Part shown: positions 53,262-64,000 of the stretch, piece by piece | Numbering within the stretch: position 1 is the first letter of the stretch | How the letters are laid out: each line of letters begins with the position of its first letter | Assembly: GCA_965203295.1 (NCBI GenBank) | Contig: CBDBCZ010000014.1 | Location: 960,001-1,024,000 of the forward strand | Direction of reading: 5' to 3' | DNA: 64,000 bases | DNA from: Nitrospirales bacterium | GTDB lineage: Bacteria > Nitrospirota > Nitrospiria > Nitrospirales > UBA8639 | Made by a program: the position numbers and the translations under genes | The notes under the pieces: generated by a model | What the model was told of the DNA's origin: nothing | The model's database searches: none | The model's input: the letters and a program-made list of their open reading frames with translations, nothing else

Positions 53262-55651
53262 CTAAATAATCAGTAATCCCAACAAGGCCAGTGACAAGTC
53301 ACTAATGCCACCATGACTAAAACTAGCAGCCAGTGGAAGGAAGACACGATCAGCTATTGTCAGGTCACAAACTTTATATGCAAAGTTTTCAAATAACTGG
53401 CTAAGGGTGTTACTTGGGGCATGCAATAACGGAATGCTGAGCATTGTTTCTAAAGTTTCGGGATCCAGGATCAGCCGAAGTCAGTTATATTACATTTCTC
53501 ACTCTAACTCTTCACATGAAGGTACTCCTACCCACCCATACCATACATTTACCATGAGCACACCACTGCAATACTTACAGTTGCCATCTGTACCTCCAGT
53601 TCCAACTAAATGAAGAAAAGAAAGGCAATTAACATTAACTTCCTATAACTCTGTATGCCTTATAGTCAAGAGTTAGGTAGGTAAAAGGCCTGAACATTTT
53701 GCCTAATGAGTTGTGCGAAGGGAATTGCCAACTGATTGTAAAATGTGTGAACGGCAGGTCCTACGACATTGACCACGTTTTGTTTGTGTGCGTGCATTTC
53801 GTCATGTGTGCAATACAACGTATGGCACACCCTGGTCTGCTACTATGCAACTAGTCCACTAGCAGGTTTGTAGGCCAAACGAGTTTAGTTTTCTGTTTCC
53901 TAGACATTGAAAAAGTAATATGCGACATAATATATTGCACACATGACGGGCTTGGATACATAGACAGACAAACAGACAAATGCATAAAATGTGAAACCCT
54001 ATAGAACGAGCTGTTCACAAACTTCATGCACACCCTGCTGGTTGGGCTATGCACTTCATACCAGTAGGGAGACCAACACTCCACCCCTGATAACCATATT
54101 GCATGGCAGGTATATACTCCTTGGCTTGATACCATACCACCCTGGCCCCACTTGTATTCATGTTCCACTGCCAAGGATACATAATCTGGACATACATGTA
54201 CCAGTGGTAGAAGAGCTAGTGGGAGTAGTAGTAGTAGCAGCAGTAGTAGCAGCAGTAGTAGTAGTAGGTTCAGGAGTGGTAGAAGCATCTATAAAAAAAA
54301 AAAACGGAAAGGTAAATTCACCTCTTGCAATGTTAATCTAGCTTGCAAAGGGGACAGTGCCACATCTACTAACATTCAATATACTTGCACTAAACTTAAT
54401 ATCTACAATGCTTTATGTACGTACCACACAAGCTGCAAATGAGTACAGAAAGATTAATTGTCACATCGTAAATAGTAAATGATTGGGTTTGTAGCATATT
54501 TACTGCTATAGTTATACGACAATGGCCAGTAGTTAGGTTAGTCATTTGGCAGTGATGTAGAGACTAGTGATACGGTATTACTACTCAGTCTTGCACCACA
54601 GACAGTTGATTGTAACTTGAAAAAATCTTGAGAGTTGGTGAGACATTAAAATTTCCCCAAAAGCACCACTAAAGCTGGGAGACTCATGAATACAGACAGA
54701 CTGATCACACTGGGGGACTGACTATCATGTGACTTTCAGCAGCCATGGTGCTGTAGAAGCTGTATCACTACGACATGTAAGTGGTTCACTAGTCAATATA
54801 TGCTGGTGCTCATATGCATATGAATTACACGTATGCAAGCGCTAAAGCATGGGAGCTGTAGTCAGCCTACCTACAGTCCAGGAGACTACTGCATACATGT
54901 ACTACTCAGTGATTGCCAACTAAGATTTTATTTGCAGTGATTCTACTGCATAAAAAGTGATAGCAAAAAATGATCAATACAATGTGATAGAGCTCACCAT
55001 GTAATATGTTACACTACAGATGATGTAATGCACTATCCACTAGCATCCTGATAATTTAAAATCTGCCATTACTCATTTTTGGCTTTTAAATTAACTACTA
55101 TACACTATGCTAAGATGCTCAGCAATCATACACTGTATGCTTAGCCTCGTTCACAGGCTCTACCCCCCCCCAGCTTTTTATAGTGCAAAAAAGCTGTGGG
55201 AGTTGAGCCTGGGAACAAGGCTACCGTATGCTAGCAACACAACTCTGTACAAACTTACTGATCGTGACATGAAAGGTTTTGCTCAATGTGCCAACCGAGT
55301 TTGTGATGGGGTCATAAACATCGATGAATGCAGTGTAGACTCCTGAGTTAGATTCATCAAGTTGTTTTTGCACTGAAAAATCATATGTATTTTGTGTTTC
55401 ACCCTGTACGACAGTTCCTTCTTCAGAATCTGTACATGGAGAAGAGTCTAGGTTACTGCAGGAATACATCAGTCCGCTTGAAATCCGGGCCTCTCCACGA
55501 TATAACAGTGAGCGTCTGACTTCTTGAAGTTGTCCAAAACTACCACCATCAACATACTCAACATTAGTGTTAAATATAACAGTTCCAGGGGAAGCTGTAA
55601 ATGTCTCCTGACAAGGAGTTGATGAGTCACAGCCTCGGTACTGTGCTCTGG
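53262..55651 (-). CDS. Second copy of the partial Ig-like/Thr-rich surface-protein gene
   Basis: Ig-like exon at 55651-55259; downstream exons match copy 1. Confidence 0.6.
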
Positions 55652-55739
<88 letters not shown>

Positions 55740-57159
55740 AAAATGTACATGTCACAGTAGTATTATGCTAAGAATAATATTACAGCTGACACATCAGTTT
55801 GAATTCATGCTCCTCCCCAGAGGCAGGTAGATTAACAGTCATGGCTCACCACTACTGAAGAATAATTATTAAGACTTGCAATGAACTGTTACAGCATCAT
55901 TGTCAGAGGGGGATGCAAAGGCTTGCTCAGCAGGAATACATGTACCATTCACCGAAATTTCTGTAGCTACTCACTGGCATGGCTAATCTCCACCCCTTTA
56001 CTCAACAATAGTGGATATTCCGGGGGTAGATTGTCATCAGCCTCATTCTCAGGTTTGCATACACATAGCCACATATGATAAAGCACAGGCTATAGGCAAA
56101 TTCTTGCACAGCTAGTGCACCGTGTATCGTGGCACAACTGCTGCTATGTGCAATCAATAAGATTAATTAGTCACGGGTTTCTACCCTCAGTTTCATTTTT
56201 CCTATATTCATAAAGGGAAATAACTAGTAAATTGAGCTCACTGAAATGCAATTATAATGAAAAGCACTGAAGTACTAAACCCTCGGCACAGCTGGCTAAC
56301 TGCAAGATTTTGGAATTCACTGAATGAATTTAGTCCTGTTGAGACAGCTAATTATATAATGCCCTATACATGACGAGTCAGGTATTCAAACTTCCTGAAA
56401 ATACGTACATTAGTTTACATGAAGTTAACCTAGTTCATTCACGTGAGTGTGCATGTTATATCAATGCGTGTGTCCTCTGCAGCCGATGAGGTTCATGGTA
56501 AGTTATTCTATTGTTGTGTTGTAGGCTTATAGTGTTTAATGTGAAACGTAAATTGTCAAAAATCATTGCAGTTTTGATATTATAATCACAATCACAGTCT
56601 GAAGTTAACAGAACAGTTACAGAACAGCTCAATGGTATAGATAGATAGATAAACATTTTTACATCACACCACAGGGGCAGCAGTATATAACAAAATCAAA
56701 TGAGTATAAGATCCAACGCACGTGTTTCGTCCTAAGTCTCGTGCCCAGACCCAGATTTGATGCCATGCGCGCGTGAGAGGCGTGTCTGACCCACATACAG
56801 AGAGCTACATGCTTTGGAAGCCACTTCCACAAAGCTGAGAGTTATAGCTAATTTTGGTGAGGCCGCCCTTGTTATAAAGCGTTGTATATTTTAGCCTCTT
56901 TTCATTCCTGAGCACTTATGTTAAACTCCGTAATCTGCTCTGTATTCCATATACCCTACACATTTTGAGAGACACTGTTTTTTAGGTAATAAAGTAATTT
57001 AAAGTGGTTGCAATCATTTTAAAATTCAATTGTTTTCTGAATCTACTTTTTTGTTTGGAGCACTGTAGCTACAATACATATTTCAAACTAGCATGAACGG
57101 ATACATTAAACAAACAAACTGATTGAAAATATGCCTACCCCTTTTACAATATGACTCAC

Positions 57160-57282
57160 TTGTGCAATTCACTCCATCCCCTTCATATCCAGTGACACAT
57201 GTACAGTTGAAGCTTCCTTCAGTGTCTGAGAAAATTGCATTTATGTCACAGTTATCAGCGCCTCTTACACATTCATCAATGT
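57160..57282 (-). pseudogene. Inactivated cbEGF exon, copy 2
   Basis: Paralog of 17178-17300 (GDGV instead of GDAV) with the same AC acceptor. Confidence 0.8.
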
Positions 57283-59828
57283 GTGCATGGAGTGAAATGC
57301 AGTAGAGAATATAGATTGATAAGCTTCTTTAGGGGCACTGAGGACTGCTGCTGCAATCTTCTGAAATACGAATAGATATATTGTGCCCACCCCTCTAATC
57401 AGTATAATTATCTTAACAGATATCATTCTTGTGCAATTAGTGTCACTCTCTCACAGCCATGAATACAGCTACAGCTAAAGTTACATGTTACATCACAGGA
57501 GAGTGCATATGTAGTTGAGTCTTTCTAGTTGACACTTTCAAGAAGCATAGTAAACATTGTTAAGAGTGACCTAAAATAAGTCAAAATCATTTCTTATCAT
57601 GACAGATGTTGTCGAGCGGTTATAAAACTCTACATAATTCAATAACGCCATAGAACCTTGTTTCTGGGTGACAAAATATGCAAGCAATGTTGACTAAGTA
57701 TTAGCTTTCCAGGACATCTGATTGCTAAATGCTTTCATCTTGGTTATGCAATGTTACTATGTACAGTACAGTCATTAGAACAGCTAGCTATATAGTGAGC
57801 TAGTCTGGTATCTACGTCAGATGTGTGAAAGCACTATACTCAGACATTCATGTAAGTATAAAAGATGCTGTTGTAGGCTCACTTTATGATCTTGCAGTCA
57901 CTACGTATATGGTAGTGGCTGCCGAGAATGCTGGCAATGTGAAAGGATTACCAACACATTTCTACACTCCTCTTTAGTACCATTCCCATACCACTAAAGT
58001 ATATCAAGGTTTCTGTACATGTGTTCCGTGTATCAACCGCAGAGGAATGCGGCCAATAGTTTGGGAGGAAGAACTGCATATCTAGACGTCTTTTCCCAGC
58101 AGCACGCACATTCACAATTCAACACGCATTATAACTTACGTACTTACCCAAATCCAACTCCCCCAAGCGATTGAAACGGCCGGTAAACACCTTTTCTACT
58201 AACAGTTTTTATTAGCAACCAAGAAGCATGCACTAACTCCTTTGCTACTTTTAGTTCAGGTTTAGAAAAGTCAATCCTTTTCTACTAATTTGACTTTTCC
58301 AAACCTGAACTAAAAGTAGCAAAGGAGTTAGTGCATGCTTCTTGGTTGCTAATTAAAATTGTTCTGCCCTCTGATAATTTCATACTTGCAAGCTTACGTC
58401 TAAGTATGAGCTGGCGGTGCTCTACTAGCACCATGCAGTACTAGCCTCGGTCCCAGGCTCTCTGCAAGCAACGAAAGCTGGATGAGAGCCTGGGTTCGAG
58501 GCTACGTACATTACTACCTCTATTTGATGAGTTGGTTTAGTCAGTGAAGATATGCAAATAGACATTGTGTTTTTCTTAGCACAGGTGGGTAGTATTTTTC
58601 CTGGAATACATAGGTGTCACACCTTAAGGTAGCCCATGCATTGCTAATGAACTCTTTTCTTGGAAAATGTGGGTGTTACATGAGCACTCCATATTATAGT
58701 ACATGCTCACTTGTACTACCAAAAGGAATGCACATGATTGTGTAACACCTGCTTATTCCAGGAAAAGTAGACAACCACAATGTCTGCAATAAAACTGCAT
58801 ATAATAAATGCTTACTATATAAATAATTAAACTAGAGGGGTGTTAACACTAAATACCTGAAATTTTTATTGTAGGAGGTGGTGTGTGTAGAGATAGCAGG
58901 GATGATCGCCTCAATAGTTGTATAATAATGTGACATTTTATTTTCATTTTCATGTTCATTGAACAATATAAGCATAGCAATACTAGCTACAAGTTGTGTG
59001 CATATTTAATTTTCTGCTAACTAAGCTGAAGGCATGGATAGCATTGCCACTTACTAAAATAAACTATTATAACCTTGTACTAATTGGTAATAAAAGTGGG
59101 AACATTCTTGCTATCTAGGTACAATGAACATTTGTTATGATGTAATGGGGGTTGCAAAGTCACATTATTGTACGTATGTCATGCAGTACATTACTACACA
59201 GGCTAGCTACATGTACATGCACGTACGTTTCTTGGAATAAATGTGCACGCTGCATCATTGAAGGGCTGTCTAACCTCCTACCATATATGACTTCTTGCCC
59301 AGATCTATCTTGCAGCAATTTTACCCAACTGATAACTGCAAGATGAATTATCTGGGTTGTGCACAATGTTTGAACGCCCTAAAACGTAGGATAACTACAT
59401 GTATGTATAATATTCTAATGTCGCTGCCGTAGCACTTATGCCATTGACCACACACCCACATACACAGGCAGAGCTTGTAACATCTCCAGTCAGAAGACAA
59501 GAGGAAGAGCAATCAGATGTTACAACATCCTGATCACTATATCTTCTTAGTATCCAGATTAATATTACATCTTAACTAGTCTTAAATAAGCCTTATAATT
59601 ATGCCTGTATATTTTCTGTTGTTTGAGCGCAGTGAATTAAATGGAAAATGCGCTCTCATTGTTGCATGCGCAGTTAGCTAGAGCTAAGCAACTGCCAGTG
59701 TGGCGAAAAATTCCAACTGGTTGCTACTAGGCTGGGCTGTGGGTATATAAGCTTATGCTGGGGCTGCTTGGAGCATCTCTCGGCAGCAGCAGCAGTGAAG
59801 TGAAGGATTGTGGTGGGAGTATATATAA

Positions 59829-62167
59829 AAAACAAACTAAAAGCAAAAACTAACATACAAATATTACAAAAATATTTAAACACATGTGCATCAAATCTAC
59901 AAAAACTAACCAATCAAGCTGTAGTAACAACACAACTCTAAAAAATCATTTACAAAAATCAATTAGCACGTCAGGATGGAATCCCAAAAAGTCACCAAAC
60001 AAGCTACCATGACACAGACTTGTGAACACAAAGGTTGCCATATAGCATCACAGTCCTTCCAGATACGTTTAGGTGGTACCATCGGTGGAGGTTCATCTGT
60101 TCACTTCCCTTCGGCTACTCCCAACCCTCTACCTTCAAAGCAAGTCACACCAAGCTACCCCATGCTCCTACAGCCTTCAAACCTGCTGCATAGTGCATAA
60201 CGGAATATGGCCCTCAAAAAGGCCTCCAAAAATTATTCGTATAAGTACGATTACAGACCAAAGGAATGTCAACAGATACTCCTAAACTCACTTCCACACT
60301 TATATACCACCACATGGAGCAAACCACTTATGGGTTTCATACAATTTCCGTTTATCACCCCACCCACCTACGTCTTACAAACGTACTTAATTATATTAAC
60401 ATCTGGAGCCAGTATTCAGATTCAGACTCTATCCTGCGACCCCACTCAACGGAGTCAACACACGATCAGGCTAGCTCACGCCTATATATAGAAAAAGCAC
60501 TTCGCCAAAAACTGCAAAAACAAGTCATGTAGGGATGCACTTCCACCAGAATAACACTTTCCCAAAAACCAACGAAACAAGCGACAATGCACATCACAAC
60601 ACATGCACAGACTACCCACCCATCACAGCGCAATGCATTTACCGCGTAGCTACCATCCCTACATCTTTCCAACCACACCCACCACAATATGTAGCACGCC
60701 CCCATACTCAACTTCACACCCAATACTTACTTCAACACACACAACTATTCATTCTCATCACCATCAACCAAGACACATTGTCTCCATCCAACAACCACCC
60801 TTACATCTTTATCCACAATCATTACATACTTCACAAAACACAACACCCCACACTACAACCAACCCAAACCTTCACAGGAACATTACTCCTATCAAAATGC
60901 ACTTCACTCCACAAATCCTGCATTGACAAGCACAAACCAAGCAGAGCAATTCCTCACAACACCACACTGCTACCAATGAAGAAAACCCATATCAACCGCA
61001 ATACAGCATACTCAACAAAGTTGACAACACTCAATCTACACTTTACCAACCGAACCTACATAGACCTACCCTACAAAGAACCTGCACTCACAGTGATCTC
61101 ACAACTCACTCACAAAACTTGATAACACGCAACCAGGCATAGCTAAACCCTACTGAAGTCCCTATATAAACACCATAATATATGACTCCACCATCAATGA
61201 CTCACTAGTTGAAGATATACACAATCAGCACTTTCAGCTAACTTCCACAACCATCAACATACTCAGTCATTTCCAATACACATGTACCAAATTACACTAC
61301 CGCTATGATTGTGGTGGGTGTGGTTGGAAAGATGTAGGGATGGTAGCTACGCGGTAAATGCATTGCGCTGTGATGGGTGGGTAGTCTGTGCATGTGTTGT
61401 GATGTGCATTGTCGCTTGTTTCGTTGGTTTTTGGGAAAGTGTTATTCTGGTGGAAGTGCATCCCTACATGACTTGTTTTTGCAGTTTTTGGCGAAGTGCT
61501 TTTTCTATATATAGGCGTGAGCTAGCCTGATCGTGTGTTGACTCCGTTGAGTGGGGTCGCAGGATAGAGTCTGAATCTGAATACTGGCTCCAGATGTTAA
61601 TATAATTAAGTACGTTTGTAAGACGTAGGTGGGTGGGGTGATAAACGGAAATTGTATGAAACCCATAAGTGGTTTGCTCCATGTGGTGGTATATAAGTGT
61701 GGAAGTGAGTTTAGGAGTATCTGTTGACATTCCTTTGGTCTGTAATCGTACTTATACGAATAATTTTTGGAGGCCTTTTTGAGGGCCATATTCCGTTATG
61801 CACTATGCAGCAGGTTTGAAGGCTGTAGGAGCATGGGGTAGCTTGGTGTGACTTGCTTTGAAGGTAGAGGGTTGGGAGTAGCCGAAGGGAAGTGAACAGA
61901 TGAACCTCCACCGATGGTACCACCTAAACGTATCTGGAAGGACTGTGATGCTATATGGCAACCTTTGTGTTCACAAGTCTGTGTCATGGTAGCTTGTTTG
62001 GTGACTTTTTGGGATTCCATCCTGACGTGCTAATTGATTTTTGTAAATGATTTTTTAGAGTTGTGTTGTTACTACAGCTTGATTGGTTAGTTTTTGTAGA
62101 TTTGATGCACATGTGTTTAAATATTTTTGTAATATTTGTATGTTAGTTTTTGCTTTTAGTTTGTTTT
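59829..62167. repeat. Large inverted repeat: 860-bp arms (59829-60688, 61308-62167) and 619-bp spacer
   Basis: Mirror-image identical ORFs (e.g. 59976-60200 + and 61796-62020 -) with a constant coordinate sum of 121996. Confidence 0.97.
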
Positions 62168-63610
62168 CTTCACACTGTGCCATCCCTACATGTTTTTTAA
62201 TTTTTTAAATGTTTTTTAAGACTTGTTTCTGTTGTTTTTTTAGTGAGGGGGAAGAAAAGGAATGGGGCTTTGATGTTTGGTATTAGGATTAGATGGTATG
62301 AGTTGATATAGCTAGTATGGTTCTGTTGGGTAGAGGTGCGGTAGTGTATATGTATTGGTATGAGAATACAGTTTTTGGTAGCTCCGCCTCTAAGTTGAGT
62401 CCCATACTTGTTCTGCAGTGTGCCATAAAGAGCGCATTTCGTCTACTGAAGTCAAAATTCCGAAATTCCAAGATAATGGCGATCGTATAATAAGGGATTT
62501 TTTCTGACATTTCGTTGACATTGAGTTAAAACAGAGACAGTGGCAGACTGAACAGGGATAGTAGATTTCCCGTATGCTGGAATGGTCTATATATCGGTAG
62601 AGAGTGAACTGCATTTTTTTTACCGGGGGATATAAACCAGCAAGGAGGATGCATGGGGACAATAAAGTAGGCATCGTTCTGGTTGATATGGGATAGCCTG
62701 TCCTGTTTCTGTAGGTGACTAAGGAATACCAGCAAGCCGTGTTCAGCGACCGTAATTGGTGTTATAAGCCTCTTTGGCGACCAGTTAAGTTATGCTCACG
62801 GCATAAGCGACTGGTGGAGCATGTGGAGTGCATACACATGTATATAAGCGCAAGTATTGATACTGCTGAGAATATTGAGGTGGTAGTCATTGGAGGGGGA
62901 GAAAGGTCTGCGCATGAGACTACAGTACATTATGGTGTCAAACAGAAACAAAGAATCATGTAGGACAACCGACTCCCGCAAGTGGGTGTGGTCTTAGGGT
63001 AGGGTTAGGGCCAGATCTGGGACAGTAGACCACGCCCACTTCTGGTAGTCGGATGATCAAACTAAAACGCACTAAAGTATTTGTAGATCTTGTGAGTGCT
63101 CCTCACCACCACCTCCCAACTTGCACTCGTTGCTCACACTGCAGCACTTGTCACCCCCCATCTGGTTGTCCCTCATGCACGGGGACCTTGGGCAGATCTC
63201 CGAATTGTGGGCGGGGTACGGATACGACCGGCGAGCACGTGATGGTCGAAGGTTAATTGCGGCAAAGTTCCTCCGGCTATATTATAGTCGCTAGTTAGAA
63301 TCTTCTATCTACTAGCTATGGTTGTGTCGAGAGACTCGAACACCTTTTCAGAGAGAAAGAGCGGTGAAGTCGCACGAAGTCGAGTAGACACATACAGGTG
63401 TATTCGGCCGGGCCAGGGAGAGGGAACAAAGGCCTTCAGGAATGTCGACAGACGGTCTAGACGTAAGTATGTAGCATATTTATAGTGTGTGCTGATTTAG
63501 CACACTGTGTTAGACTAGTCTCGTGCCGAGACTGTGTGTAGTCGTGCCCTGAGTTGGGTTTTGGGCAGTTTACATTTACCCGCTCTTATTAATGCGCCAC
63601 TAATTATTTA

Positions 63611-64000
63611 CCGTATTGCTACAATATTTTGCGTGAACTTTACTTTTGCGAATTTTGCGAGTCCTTACAGCATCGCAAATATGAGATCGCAAACATTAAA
63701 TAAAAATATGTGAGCGTGGTTTTAGTGGGTGCGGTTAACGAACACCGAATCAATAGCTGTCCCAGGAGAAGCAGCAGTAGGCCTAATGGATGGCCTTAAA
63801 CAACAGCGAAGGTGGCAGGTAATGTTTTAATATGCTTCTACAGCAGCAGCTATTTCAGGATGAGTATTCGGCAGTATTTTACTTAATTTTACTATGAGCC
63901 CCAATCGCGAGGACACTGCAATCGAAGTGGTGGCAACTCGTGAAGCAAATGAGAGTGTGAAGCGTGCGTTAGAGAAGCAAACCAGCCAACAGAAGGCCAA
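63611..64000 (+). mobile_element. Left end of a probable Tc1/pogo-like element running off the window
   Basis: TA|CCGTATTG terminus, subterminal ttttgcg/tcgcaaa repeats, then degraded MSIRQYF..ATREANESVKRALEK resembling pogo-type N-termini; the other TIR is not in the window. Confidence 0.45.

Noticed and set aside
60535..61122. 195-aa His/Thr/Pro-rich ORF
   Set aside because: Explained by the CA-skewed composition; no recognisable domain or splice context.
62990..63010. TTAGGG telomere-like motifs
   Set aside because: Only two or three imperfect units; not an array.
62270..63480. Possible LINE ORF1 or 5' region on the minus strand (SWEVVRS-like peptide)
   Set aside because: Too weak to assign without a database search.

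Overview
This is repeat-rich eukaryotic (animal) DNA with short GT-AG introns; the introns and element repertoire resemble a compact invertebrate genome such as a demosponge (inference only). No prokaryotic operons, rRNA, tRNA or CRISPR arrays were seen. In 1-10.7 kb, a 10-bp minisatellite is interrupted by a degraded Crypton/DUF3504 element, followed by a decayed P-element (THAP9-like) transposase. Next is an apparently complete Ginger1-type DNA transposon (5823-9724; TGT..ACA ends, CCGG TSD) nested in the TIR of a pogo-like element. Its 10-exon gene encodes a DDE integrase, GPY module and Ulp1-like protease, with a PHD finger in the -1 frame behind an A-AAA-AAC heptamer. From 12.8 to 59.8 kb is a segmental duplication A-B1-B2-B3-A'. 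A (~7 kb) carries an Ig-like/Thr-rich/hydrophobic-tail surface-protein gene, a dead cbEGF exon and a 64-bp-arm hairpin. Each B (~10.7 kb) carries a kinesin pseudogene, Helitron debris, 9-bp-TSD TAG..CTA MITEs and a LINE RT relic. B1 alone has a TTAA MITE, and B3 alone has a 2.1-kb long-TIR, 9-bp-TSD element containing RecQ helicase sequence. The window ends with an 860-bp-arm inverted repeat and the start of another Tc1/pogo-like element. All alignments and translations outside the ORF track were done by eye.
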